A stretch of DNA of 64,000 nt, from NCBI GenBank assembly GCA_963734495.1, contig CAVTHK010000001.1:160001-224000 (forward strand), given 5' to 3'. The DNA is from an uncultured Spirochaetota bacterium. Its GTDB lineage: Bacteria > Spirochaetota > Spirochaetia > SZUA-6 > CAVTHK01. The translations under genes were made by a program, and so were the position numbers. Each line of letters starts with the position of its first letter. Within the stretch, counting starts at the first letter, position 1. Below are positions 41,895-53,000 of this stretch, piece by piece. The notes below the pieces were generated by a model that did no database searches, had not been told where the DNA came from, and worked only from the letters and a program-made list of their open reading frames with translations.

Positions 41895-42917
41895 ATGGAA
41901 ACCTGGAGGCGCTTCGGCCGCAGCAAGATCATGTGGCCCCTGGTCACCCTGGCGATCCTGCTTCTCTTCAACCTCTTCTTCACGCCGAACTTCTTTCACA
42001 TCGAGATGCTCGAAGGACACCTGTTCGGCAACCTCATCGACATACTGAAGAACGGCGCCCCGATCATGATTCTCGCCATCGGGCTGACGCTCGTCATCGC
42101 GACGCACGGGATCGACATCTCGGTCGGATCGATCGTGGCGATCTCGGCGGGCGTCGTGGCGATGCTGATCGGCGGCGACCTGGCGGGCAATCCCAAGTAC
42201 CCCCTCGCCTTCGCGATGGTCGCCGCCCTGCTCGTCTGCACCGCGGCGGGAATGTGGAACGGGATGCTCGTCTCCTGGATCGGCATGCAGCCCATCATCG
42301 CGACCCTGATCCTGTTCGTCGCGGGACGCGGGATCGCCATGGTGACGACCAACGCCATGGTGATCTGGCTCTACGTCAAACCGTTCGCCCTCCTGGGACA
42401 GGGCTACCTGTTCGGCCTGCCCTTCTCGCTGTACATCGTGGCGTCCTGCTGGCCGGAACGCTGGCTGGTGACCAGGAAGACGGCCCTGGGCATGTTCATC
42501 GAGGCCGTCGGGATCAACCCGACGGCGACCCGCTTTGCCGGCATCAACGCGAAGAGCATCGTCTTCTGGTGCTACACCTTCAGCGGGTTCTGCGCGGGCG
42601 TGTCCGGATTGGTCGTCTGTTCCACGGTCATGAGCGCCGACGGGAACAACGCGGGCAACCTCTTCGAGCTGGACGCGATCCTGGCCGTGGTGCTCGGCGG
42701 CACGTCGCTCAACGGCGGCAGGTTCTTCCTGTTCGGCAGCATGGTGGGAGCCCTGATCATCCAGACCCTGACGACGACCATCTACGCCTTCAACGTGCCG
42801 CCCGAGATCGCCCAGGTCGTCAAGGCGCTGGTGGTGTACGCGGTCAGCCTGCTGCAGTCGGAGATCTTCAGAGCGCGGGTTGCGGGCGTGTTCGGGCGGC
42901 GGGAGGCGGCGGCATGA
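41895..42917 (+). CDS. ytfT: Sugar ABC permease (YtfT-like)
   Basis: GIDISVGS, QPIIATLILFVAGRGIA, ELDAILAVVLGGT. Confidence 0.88.
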   Translation: METWRRFGRSKIMWPLVTLAILLLFNLFFTPNFFHIEMLEGHLFGNLIDILKNGAPIMILAIGLTLVIATHGIDISVGSIVAISAGVVAMLIGGDLAGNPKYPLAFAMVAALLVCTAAGMWNGMLVSWIGMQPIIATLILFVAGRGIAMVTTNAMVIWLYVKPFALLGQGYLFGLPFSLYIVASCWPERWLVTRKTALGMFIEAVGINPTATRFAGINAKSIVFWCYTFSGFCAGVSGLVVCSTVMSADGNNAGNLFELDAILAVVLGGTSLNGGRFFLFGSMVGALIIQTLTTTIYAFNVPPEIAQVVKALVVYAVSLLQSEIFRARVAGVFGRREAAA

Positions 42918-43922
42918 AAGCGAGACTTCCCATACTTCGTCACCCTGGGGCTGTTCGTCATCATGTTCGCGCTGGGCTCGATCGCGTTCACCGGGTTCTT
43001 CTCGGTGCAGAACTTCCTGAACCTCTTCATCGACAACGCCTATCTCCTGATCCTGGCCGTCGGCATGACCTTCGTCATCATATCGGGAGGCATCGATCTG
43101 TCGGTGGGCTCGGTGCTCGCGCTGTCCACAATGGTGGCGTCGAGCCTCCTCGAGAAGGCTCACGCGAGCCCGATCGTGGTGATCCCTCTCGTGCTTGCGA
43201 TGGGGACGGCGCTGGGCCTGTTCATGGGCTACCTGATCCAGAGCTTCAGTCTCCCCCCCTTCATCATCACGCTGGCGGGGCTCTACCTGGCGCGCGGGCT
43301 CTGTTACGTGGTGAGCATCGACACGATCGCGATCACCAACGAGTTCTGGAAGACGGTGGCGTACGCCTCGGTCAAGATCGTCGGCAAGGACTTCGTCTCG
43401 CCCGGGGCGATCATTGCGGTCGCCGTCGTGCTGGCCGGGCTGTACGTTTCCCGCTTCACCCGGCTCGGAAGGACCGCGTACGCGATGGGCGGGAACGAAC
43501 AGTCGGCCGTCCTGATGGGACTTCCGGTGGCGAGCACAAAGATCACGATCTACGCCCTGAGCGGGTTCTGCTCCGCGCTGGCCGGGATCGTGTTCACCTT
43601 CTACACGCTCTCCGGCTACGCGCTCCACGGCAAGGGGATGGAACTGGACGCCATCGCCACGGTGGTGATCGGCGGCACGCTGCTGACCGGCGGAGCGGGC
43701 AGCATCCTGGGCACTGTGCTGGGCGTGCTGGTCTACGGAATCATCCAGGTGCTCATCGTCTTCCAGGGCACGCTGAACTCCTGGTGGACGAGGATCGTGA
43801 TCGGCTTCCTGGTGTTCGTGTTCTGCCTCCTGCAGCGGCTGTTCGAATCGAAGAAGAAGAAGGCGACCGTGGGCAGGCGCCCTCCCGCAGAGCGCGCAGA
43901 GGTCCAGGCAGCGCGATTGTAG
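42914..43922 (+). CDS. yjfF: Sugar ABC permease (YjfF-like); frameshift near 42930
   Basis: NLFIDNAYL..GMTFVIISGGIDLSVGS, GGNEQSAVLMGLPV, ELDAIATVVIGGTLL, LNSWWTRI. Confidence 0.88.
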
Positions 43923-43929
43923 CGGACGG

Positions 43930-44829
43930 GTGTCACGCGCGATGCCGACGACGATGACCCGCAACAACTCCCATCGACAGCCGGATCCCGCCGAAAGCTG
44001 GGAGCTCGACCGCTCGGAATCCGCGGCAGACTCGTCCTCACGGGGGATCTACGACGTCTTCCCGCGCACTCCGCGCACCGCGGAGGACCTCCCCGAGGGC
44101 GCCCTCGAGACGCTCAACAGGGGCTGCTCCCTGGGAGGGCTTGAGCAGCTCTTCGTGATTCCCCGCGCGACGCGCTCGACGGGGTGCGGCGACCAGAAGG
44201 TGACATCGCCCCGATGCGTCCTGGGCATGGGCACGCGGGCCGTCGGGCTCTGGACCGAGGAGCCCGAGAGAGGGATGAAAGTGCTGATCCCCCTCGACAG
44301 GATCGGCGCGATCGAGGACGTCACGATCCTGCTCTACGGCAGGCTCAGCTTCTTCTCGTTCGCCGAGAGGCTGACGATCCGCTACAACACGCTGGCGCGG
44401 TCCGGCCTCAGGCCGGCCCTGCTCGCACTGCGGGAGAGGCTGACGGGCTTGCCGCTGCCCCTCCCCGCGGAGGAGAACGCGCGCGTGGAGCTCCCGGTCA
44501 AGTGGAAGCGCGTCCTCAGCGGCCCCGTGGCTCGATTGCGCGAAGGGGCCCCGGTCCTCTATCGGTTCGCCGTCGCCCCAGGGAGAACCGGCGAAGACGT
44601 CGATCGCGGCCAGCTTCTGGTCGTGAACCCCCACGAGCTTGTCTACACATGCGACCCGCTCGAGGCGTCCCACAACTATGGCGAGGACTCCTATGTTGTT
44701 CCCCGCGCGCGGGTCACCCGCGTGCGAGCCCGCGAGAGGCAGCTCGAAGTCACCGCCAATGGAGCTCGTTTGTCGCTGAGCATGGCGCCCGAGCTCCGAG
44801 AGGCCGCGGTCCGCTGGTTGACAGTCTGA
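43930..44829 (+). CDS. Hypothetical protein
   Basis: 299-aa ORF with globular composition filling the gap between flanking genes; start uncertain. Confidence 0.6.
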   Translation: MSRAMPTTMTRNNSHRQPDPAESWELDRSESAADSSSRGIYDVFPRTPRTAEDLPEGALETLNRGCSLGGLEQLFVIPRATRSTGCGDQKVTSPRCVLGMGTRAVGLWTEEPERGMKVLIPLDRIGAIEDVTILLYGRLSFFSFAERLTIRYNTLARSGLRPALLALRERLTGLPLPLPAEENARVELPVKWKRVLSGPVARLREGAPVLYRFAVAPGRTGEDVDRGQLLVVNPHELVYTCDPLEASHNYGEDSYVVPRARVTRVRARERQLEVTANGARLSLSMAPELREAAVRWLTV

Positions 44830-44866
44830 AAGCCGCGGGCGCCCGCGGTGGAGACGCGAAGCGTTC

Positions 44867-45169
44867 CTATCGGCCGAGGCGCTGCTGCAGGACCTCGAAC
44901 CCCGCCCACGTGACCTGCTGGCACAGGGCGGTGATCTTGGGGAACGCTTCCTGGTGCTCGGGCGAGGCCACCCACTTGAGGCGCAGCTCCTCGCTCTCGA
45001 AGGCGAGCTCTATGCGATACTGCCTCAGGGCATCGCGTGCCTTGAGCAGGGCGACCCGCCGGAAGCCGTTCTGGACGGATATCGCCGGCGCGAACGCGTC
45101 GCGAAACGACGCCTCCAGCTCCGCGTCCTTTCCCGCGAGCGGCTCCAAGTAGATGTGCAGCTCCGTCAT
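44867..45169 (-). CDS. Antibiotic-biosynthesis-monooxygenase (ABM)-like protein
   Basis: MTELHIYLEPLAGKDAELEASF..NGF..FESEE..WVASPEHQ; ATGA overlap with the MBL gene. Confidence 0.7.
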   Translation of the reverse strand: MTELHIYLEPLAGKDAELEASFRDAFAPAISVQNGFRRVALLKARDALRQYRIELAFESEELRLKWVASPEHQEAFPKITALCQQVTWAGFEVLQQRLGR

Positions 45170-45912
45170 CGCTCCGGCCCCCCGATCTCGCAGCTTTCGC
45201 CGGGCTCCAGCGCCACGAGGCGAACCTTCGGCGCGCGCACCTTCATCTCGACTTCCAGGCGGCGCAGATCGAGCATCTGGTTGGCGAAAGTGCCGTGATG
45301 AATCGGTATGAGCACCCGCGGCAGGATCAGGGAGGCCGCGTAGGCGGCTTCGCGGTAGCCCATGTTGTACTTGCCGCCCACGGGACAGATCGCGAGGTCC
45401 GGAGCGTAGAGATCGCGAATCAACGCCATGTCGCCGAACACCCCCGTGTCCCCGGCGAAGTAGATGCCCGGTCCGTCCGCGATCCGCAGCACGTAACCGG
45501 CCGCGCCGGAACCGGGGACGACGGTGCCGTCCTTCTGGTACTCCTCGCCCAGGATTTCGGACGTGTGGTCGGCAGCGACCATCGTCAGGGTGAAGGCCTC
45601 CGTCTCCCAGCTCCCCCCGATGTTCAGCGGGTAGGAGTCCACGTCGTAGCGGATGCCTTTGTGGTCGGCGTAGATGGCGATCTCCGGGCTGCAGATCAGC
45701 CTGGCCCCGGTCTGCTTCACGATCTGGAGCGAATCGCCGATGTGGTCGTCGTGTCCGTGCGTCACGCAGACCGCGGTCGCCTGCCTGATGTCCTTCAATT
45801 TGATCGGGCATTTGGGGTTGCCCTCGATCCAGGGATCGAAGAAGATCGTCTGTCCGCCCGCCTCGACCCGGATCGAAGCGTGCCCCAGCCACGTTACCTT
45901 TGCCACAGTCAC
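45166..45912 (-). CDS. Metal-dependent hydrolase, MBL fold (UPF0173-like)
   Basis: TWLGHAS, FDPWIEGNP, THGHDDH, YFAGDTG, IPIHHGTF. Confidence 0.9.
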   Translation of the reverse strand: MTVAKVTWLGHASIRVEAGGQTIFFDPWIEGNPKCPIKLKDIRQATAVCVTHGHDDHIGDSLQIVKQTGARLICSPEIAIYADHKGIRYDVDSYPLNIGGSWETEAFTLTMVAADHTSEILGEEYQKDGTVVPGSGAAGYVLRIADGPGIYFAGDTGVFGDMALIRDLYAPDLAICPVGGKYNMGYREAAYAASLILPRVLIPIHHGTFANQMLDLRRLEVEMKVRAPKVRLVALEPGESCEIGGPER

Positions 45913-46880
45913 GTTCCCGCCTCCCTTGCGCTTCGACCTCGACGCGGCCTGCGGACCGCCTCTGCCTCGAGCAGGGCCTGCAGGTTGCGGCCGATGACCG
46001 GGAGATATCCGTTCAGGCCGAGCCGGGAGAGCTTTTCGCTGATGGCGGTCCAGGGAGCGGCTCCCTTGTCGGGCGCAGCGCGCAGGATCGCCTCTGTCTC
46101 TTCGCGATCGAACGTCACCCGGCTGTCCCGCTCGACGAGCATGCCCTCGTTGGACGGGCAGATCTCCTGGCAGGCCATGCAGCCGACGAGGCAGTTGTGT
46201 GCCGAGGCGGGAATCCAGCGCGGCCAGCTGCCCGGAGCCTCGTTGAACGCGACCAGGCACCTCTCGGCGTTCAGGAGGAATCGCTGCCTCGGGATCGCTC
46301 CTGTCGGGCACGCGGCGAGGCACGCGTCGCACGATGCGCAGGCAGCCATCGAGGCGGGGCCCCGCGGCGCCGGAAGCGGCAGCGCGGGCGCCGCGCCAGT
46401 GAGCACGGCGCAGAGAAGCACGTAGCTGCCGAGGCCCCGCGCGTAGGTGACGTTGTTGCGGCCGTACTCGGTGAGGCCGAGACGAGTCGCGACGGCTTTG
46501 CGCGGACCGCGCAGCGGCACGAGGTCTCCGTCGAGCTCGGGCAGCAGCGCCTTGAGCTCGGCCACGATCGTCTGATCCATGCGCGCGTCCTCGCCGTAGG
46601 TCGGCGGCACGCGGGCCTCCACGATTCCATCGGGAAGCTCGAACGCTATCCACAACGCGGGACACGGCACGGCCACCGCGATCACGGCGCGAGAGCCGAG
46701 GTCGGACGGAAGCGTGGGCTCAGCGAGCCACCTGAGCCACTTTGTCACGAGGTCAGGGTCCAGCTCGCCGCCGCGGGCGCGAGCAGCGACGTCCTCCAGT
46801 GCCTGCGGAAGCACGGTTGCGGGTCCAGCCGCAACGCGGTAGCCCCTGACGCGAGCCCACTCCTGCAGACGGTCGAGCAT
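45909..46880 (-). CDS. QueG-like 4Fe-4S dicluster protein
   Basis: KAVATRLGLTEYGRNN..GSY, CASCDACLAACP, ERCL, LVGCMACQEICP. Confidence 0.8.
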   Translation of the reverse strand: MLDRLQEWARVRGYRVAAGPATVLPQALEDVAARARGGELDPDLVTKWLRWLAEPTLPSDLGSRAVIAVAVPCPALWIAFELPDGIVEARVPPTYGEDARMDQTIVAELKALLPELDGDLVPLRGPRKAVATRLGLTEYGRNNVTYARGLGSYVLLCAVLTGAAPALPLPAPRGPASMAACASCDACLAACPTGAIPRQRFLLNAERCLVAFNEAPGSWPRWIPASAHNCLVGCMACQEICPSNEGMLVERDSRVTFDREETEAILRAAPDKGAAPWTAISEKLSRLGLNGYLPVIGRNLQALLEAEAVRRPRRGRSAREAGT

Positions 46881-46948
46881 GGTCCCAGCGTGCGCGCCAT
46901 GACGGCCGCTGTCAACGCGGACGCCGCCATGCGCGGCCCGCAACGAAT

Positions 46949-46978
46949 TTGACAGCGCTGTTTGGCGCCACCTATAAT
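46949..46978 (+). promoter_or_regulatory. Consensus sigma70 promoter for the giant gene
   Basis: TTGACA(46949-54)-18 nt-TATAAT(46973-78). Confidence 0.8.
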
Positions 46979-47016
46979 CATTGCTGCTCCCGTCACAACG
47001 CACGTTTTCAGGGGAA

Positions 47017-50000
47017 GTGCAGATCCACGTGGAGAGGGAAAGCCGTACCTATGTGCTCGAATCTCTGGAGCAGCGGCTTCTCCTGTCAGGGACTGGAATC
47101 CCGGACGCGATGGCGGCGGCAGTCCCCCCATGTGAGTCGCTCATCCAGGTGCAGGTGCGCGGAAGCGGCGAGCAAGTAACGATTTCGCAACAGTCAAGCT
47201 CCGGGTACAGCCCCGAAGCCAAACTGTCTGATCTGTTCGGGGTCGGAGAGCAAGGCGACGAGAGCGAAGGCGACGAGAGCGGGCCTGTTCGCGAGGATCC
47301 TCTCGCCGGTCCGCAAACACCGGCTTCCACTACCGTTGATCCGAGCTCGCAGGGAACGGAGCTCGCATCTCCCTCGGATCAGGACGGAGACAGGGCGGAA
47401 GACCCCGTTTCCGACGGACCGATCGGGCGCTCGCTCAATCGATCGCGGCCGGCCGGCTCGTCGAAATGCTCGAGGCGGCACAGCCGCCCCCGGACCATGA
47501 GGACAGCGCAGCCGCGACCGGACTCACTCTCGGGGATCTGGACTCGTTCGTAGAAGAGGCCAGGAGACGGTGGCGGGAGAGTGCGTCGATCGACGACAGT
47601 GGGCTGGATCTCCTCGCGTCCGCTTCGTTCAGCATCGCGGATCTCGATGGCTCTGGCGCTGGGCCTGACGAACGGATCTGCGTCCAGATCGACGCAGACG
47701 CCGCCGGCCACGGGTGGTTCGTCGATTCCTCGCCTCACGACGACCAGGAGTTCGAGCTCGTGTTCGGCGATACGCTGCTGGCCGACTACCGCAGTGCAGC
47801 GGCCGGCCGCATGGATCTGCTCACGGTCGTGATGCACGAGCTCGGGCACGTTGCCGGTTTCGAGCATACCGCGCAGACGGGTCTGATGGCGGAGACTCTG
47901 CAGGCAAGCCAGAGGCATCTGCCGGCGAGCCGCAACGCTGGCCCGGACGCGGCTTCCGCAGCCGACGAGCTGGTTGAGACCCTGCGGGCCGGCGAGCCCC
48001 CGCCCGCGGACGGGCTGTTCCTCACGATCACCCCGGACCCCACCGGCGCGGACCTCAGTCTCCTGAGGCAGGGCCTGCCGGAATTCTTTGGCGGCCTGCA
48101 GGTCCGTCTGAACATATCGGTGTTCAATTCGGCCACCACGTACGTGGGGCTCCCCCTCATCGGCACGCAGATGGCGACGGAGACCCCGGGGCAGTTCGCC
48201 GACCTGCTTGCATCGCGGCTCTCGGACTTCCTGGCAGGGATCGACAACGTCTCCGTCGATTCCGTCGTCGCCGAGCTCGAGCGGACCCTGGCCGGCAGCA
48301 TCGCGGGCGACATCAGCGTGTACGGCCGCGACGGAGACCCCCTCATCCTCTTCCAGCTCACCCTCACCGGGACCATCTCGGACGCTGTGGATGCGGACCT
48401 GGGCCTGGGCGAGGATCCCTTCCTCGAAGTCCTGATCAACACAGAGGACATGGCGCAGGTCACCGCGACGTGGAGCCTGGAGGTCACCTTCGGGGTGATT
48501 GAAACGAGCGACGGCTCGTTCTTCGTCGTCGACACTTCGCAGGCTGACGAGGTCGCCGTCGAGGTCCAGGTGATCCTGGACAGCGACCTGTCCGCCATCG
48601 GGAAGCTGGGTGTCTTTTCGGCGCTGATCGAGAACGATCCGAATCAGGTCTCGACGTTCCAGGGCAGCTACACCATCGACCTGGTGGACCCCGACAACCA
48701 TCTGACAGTGGCGGAGCTCGACTCGCTTGTCCTCGACGCCTCGCTTTCAGGCACCGGCTATGCGGACCTCGACATCGAGGGCTCCTTTGTTCCCGATCTC
48801 TACGCCTGGACAGACGGGCAGTACCAGGGGCTGACCGACGCGGATCGCAACGACGTCTTCAACGTGGCGATCACGACCGACGCGAAAATCACCTACGCGT
48901 TTGCGGATGCCGACCCGTCATCCGCGACCTTCGGCACCGATCCGGTCATCGCGTTCGACAATGTCCAGCTCGACGCCGACGAGTACCTCGGCGGGTTCCT
49001 CGGGCCCGTCATCAGGGCGCTGCGGCCGGTCCTTTCCCAGATCAAGCCGATCCTGGATTTCCTGCAGACCCCCATCCCCGGCATCAGCGATCTGAGCGAA
49101 GCCGTGGGCGGGCCCCCGGTGACGTTCATGGACATGGCAAGCATCGGGTCCCCCGCTGCTTCCGCGGCCCTGCGCACCCTTTCCCTCATCACCACGCTGG
49201 TCACGGCCGAAGCGCCCGCGCGCACGGGAACCCTGACCAACCTGGTGGGCATGGGCTCGTTCAGGGTCCGCGCGTCCAAGGTGTTCGGGCAGAAGACCGA
49301 GGTTACCGAGTCGAAGCCGGCAACGGATGCAAAGAAGGGAGTGCAGAGCAAGAACGAGCTCGTCATGAAGCTCGGAGGAGACATCAGCCTGCCCCTCCTG
49401 GAGGATCCTCAGAACATCTTCAAGCTCATGCGCGGCGAGACCGACGTCACGATGCTCGGCCTGAGGATCGACCTCGACCTGCAGCTCAAGTTCGCCAAGA
49501 CAATCCCGGTGTTCTGGATCCTCTCAGTGAAGATCGAGGCGAAGTTCGGCATGCTGCTGGATTTCGACATGGGCTACGACACCCTCGGCATCCGCTGGCT
49601 GTCCGAGACGCTGGACTACAGCGATCTGTCCACCCTCGAAGCGAGCCTCCTGGGCAACAAGCAGCTCTTGAGAGAGGGACTATACTTCGACGACCACAAC
49701 AGCAAAGGGGCCGTGGACGGGAACATCTCGCCGCCGGCCTTCACGGTGTCGGGGGAGCTGGCCGAGGACCCGCCGAACCTGGACGGCGCCGAACTCAAGT
49801 TCTTCGCGTCCGTTGGCGCGGGGGTAGTCCTGGGGATCGACACGGGGGTCATCAAGATCAACGTCGGCGTGGACTTTCCGTTCACGCTGGACATCCTCTT
49901 CGACCTGAACGACCTCCCGAACCGGCTCCCTCCCGACCAATGGCGCGACCCCGCGCTGGAGCCCGGCGTCCTGTACCAGTATCCCGCATCGCCTGCCGAC

Positions 50001-53000
50001 TATACCTACGACGGCCGCGTGAGGCTCGGCGAGCTGGACATGGAGCTCGCCTCCGATCGCCTCGCCATCTTCAAGTCCATGGGAGAGTTCTCGGTAGCGC
50101 TGCAAGCGTACATACTGGGCACGCTGGATTTCGGGTTCTTCAAAATCGTCGTCGTCGACAAGCGATGGAATCTGTACAAGATGACGCTCGCCAATTTCGA
50201 CATCTACACGCCGCCCAGCGACACGGAGGTGCTGTCCGGTGTCGTCAAGCGGCCGCCTGTTTTTGCCGGTTTCCTCGATCCCGCAGATCCCGGCACGCTC
50301 ACCCTGTACATGGGACCCTACGACTACCTGCGCGAGAACACGAACCCCAACGGCCTCGGTCGCGATTACGGGTTGGACGAGGAGTTCCGCATCCGGTCGC
50401 TTGGCCCGACGGACCCGAACGATCCCGATGCGGGTGAGACCGTGGTCGTGAAGTACCTGGACACCTTCGAGCAGGAGTTCACCGGGGTCAAGAAGATCGT
50501 TGGAAACGGCGGCAGCGGCGACGATGTCTTCTACGCGGATGAGACGGTCGGAGTCGACGTGGTCATGGTGGGTGGAGACGGAGCCGACGCGCTGGTCTAC
50601 CGGGGCTCGGGCGACGCGACGCTCTGGGGCGATGCCGGCGACGACGTGCTCGCAGGCGGCGGCGGCAACGATACCCTGGTCGGCGGAGATGGAAAGGATG
50701 ACATCGACGGCCAGGCGGGCGACGACCTGCTGATAGGAGGCAACGCGATCCTGGACGTCGTCGCAGGCGTGATTCCCGATCCCGCGGATGACGCGGTCGA
50801 CGGCGACATGCTCCTCGGCGGTCCCGGCGCGGACGTTCTCTATGGACAGGGAGGCGAGGACTATCTCGACGGCGGGGACGGAGACGACGTGCTTGTCGGA
50901 GGCGCCGGCGCCGACCGCTACATCTGGCGGCCGGGCAGCGGCGCAGATACCTTTGTCGAGGCTCCCGGATTGGCGGACAGCGACCAGCTCACCGTCGAGG
51001 GCGGGCTGGAGCTCGTCGGCAGCGGCGAGGATGTCGAGAACTACTATTACCGCGAACTCGACGACGACATCACGCTGAGCAGCGCGGGCGCTGCCGTGAT
51101 CATCAACGACGGGTCCTCGTCGATCTCAGCGGAGAACATGGAACAGATTGTCGTCGCGGCCGGAGGCGGCGCGGACACGGTGACGATCGGAGACCTCTCC
51201 GGGACTCGCCTGGAGCGGCTCGCCATCGACCTGAGCTCCCCCGTGGAGACCGCTCCCGAGGGCGACAAGGTCGTGATCAACGGCAGCGCGGATCCCGCGG
51301 TGGTCGACGTGATCACTGTGGACGGCGTCTACGAGCAACACGATCAGACGAACCTCGAAACCGGGGAGACGGGACCCGGCTCGAGCCCCGCGGTGCGCAT
51401 CACCGACGCGCAGCTCTCCGGTGCGGGAAGCTCGCAGCCGTGGGAAGCCTTCATTATCAATTCCTCCCCAGACAGGGATCAGCTGGAGATCTACGGGAAT
51501 CAGGGCGACGACCGGCTCTCCATCACCGCGGGGCAGGAGGACGTCCGGGTCCATGACCTGATCGACGTTTCCCTCTATGGAGGAGAAGGCAGCGATACCA
51601 TCCGCTCGGTCTACGCCGACGTGCGGATCGATGGCGGGGCCGGCACGGATTTCGTCACCCTGGCGGACGACGAGTACGGCCGCGATCTGCCGAGCGCGAT
51701 GCGGTTCGATGAGCTGCAGAGCGATGTCCTTGAATACGGCGAGGACGGGCTCCTGCTGACCGGCTCGAGCATTCTGGCGGCTTCCGCGGAGGTCAGCAGG
51801 TCCGTCTATCCCTCGGACCCGGTCTCCGAGCTCTTCACGCTGCGGATGGCGGACGGCGGTGCTTTCGATCTCGATGCCCTGGACGTCCGCCTTCGCGACG
51901 CGGACACCGCCGGCCAGACCGTCATGTTTACGGGCACGACTGCGAGCGGCGGCACGGTCACGCAGAGCTTCTACGTCGACAGCGACGGGGCGGCCCCCGA
52001 GTTCCACACCCTGCTCTTCGGCGCCGGATTCGCCGATCTCGTCTCCGTCTCCTGGCGTCCCCTGATGACGGTGACGGACAACATCGTCGCCAACGGACCG
52101 CGTCTCACGCTGTCCAGGGCCGGATCGGATTCGGGTGCCTTTGTCGCAGCCAGGCGAGGATTGCCCGACACCGTTGCCTGGTTCGCGGGGATCGAAGAGA
52201 TGCGCCTGGAGATGGGTTGCGACGCAGCAGGAAACCACCTGCAGGTGTTGAGCTCGATCGACGGCCCTCTCACGGTGGACGACGGCGCGGGGAACGACGC
52301 CCTGTTCATCGGATCCACGCAGGGGCCCCTCGTCGTCAACCTGGAAGGCGGCAACAACGAGGTGTCGTTCGGAAAGGACGGCACGCTGGCCGCGATCTTC
52401 GGCAGCGCGCATGTGAACGGCGGCCCCGGCGAGGACACGATCGTGTTCGACAGCACGGGGGAGGTCTCCGTTCAGGGGCACGTGGGGAGCGACGAGGTCC
52501 TGGGACTCGCCGCCCCGGCGGTTGTCGGCTTTGACGCGAACGTCGAGAGCCTGTGTCTCCTGCTCGGACCGGGAGACGACACCCTGTGGGTCCCCGATCC
52601 CGGCAGGAACATCGTGATTCGCGGAGGTGAGGGGGAGGATACCCTCGTCCTCGATCTGGCCGCGGACCCGGTGACGGGCAAGGTGACGACCTTTGACGTC
52701 GAGACCATACGCGTCTCGGACGTTCGAGCCGCGGGCGCGGGCGTCTGGACCCTCACCGATGTTCCCGCAGGGACCGGCCAGCCGGTGGCGAACACCAGCC
52801 TCTGGGCGCTCGACGGGGCGCCGCTGCTGCAGACGTTCGACGCAGCCTCGAGCCTGCTCTCCCTCACGTACCGTGCCGACACCGTCGAGATACTCGACGT
52901 CAATCACGACACCTCGGTCGATCTGAAGCAGGGGGACGACGAGGTCCGGGTGGGTCTGCCGCAGCAGAGCCTCTACAAGAACCTGGATGACATCCTTTCG

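Noticed and set aside
9880-42940. Programmed ribosomal frameshifting or phase variation at the frame breaks
   Set aside because: Breaks hit unrelated genes with no shared slippery motif or long homopolymer; sequencing error is simpler
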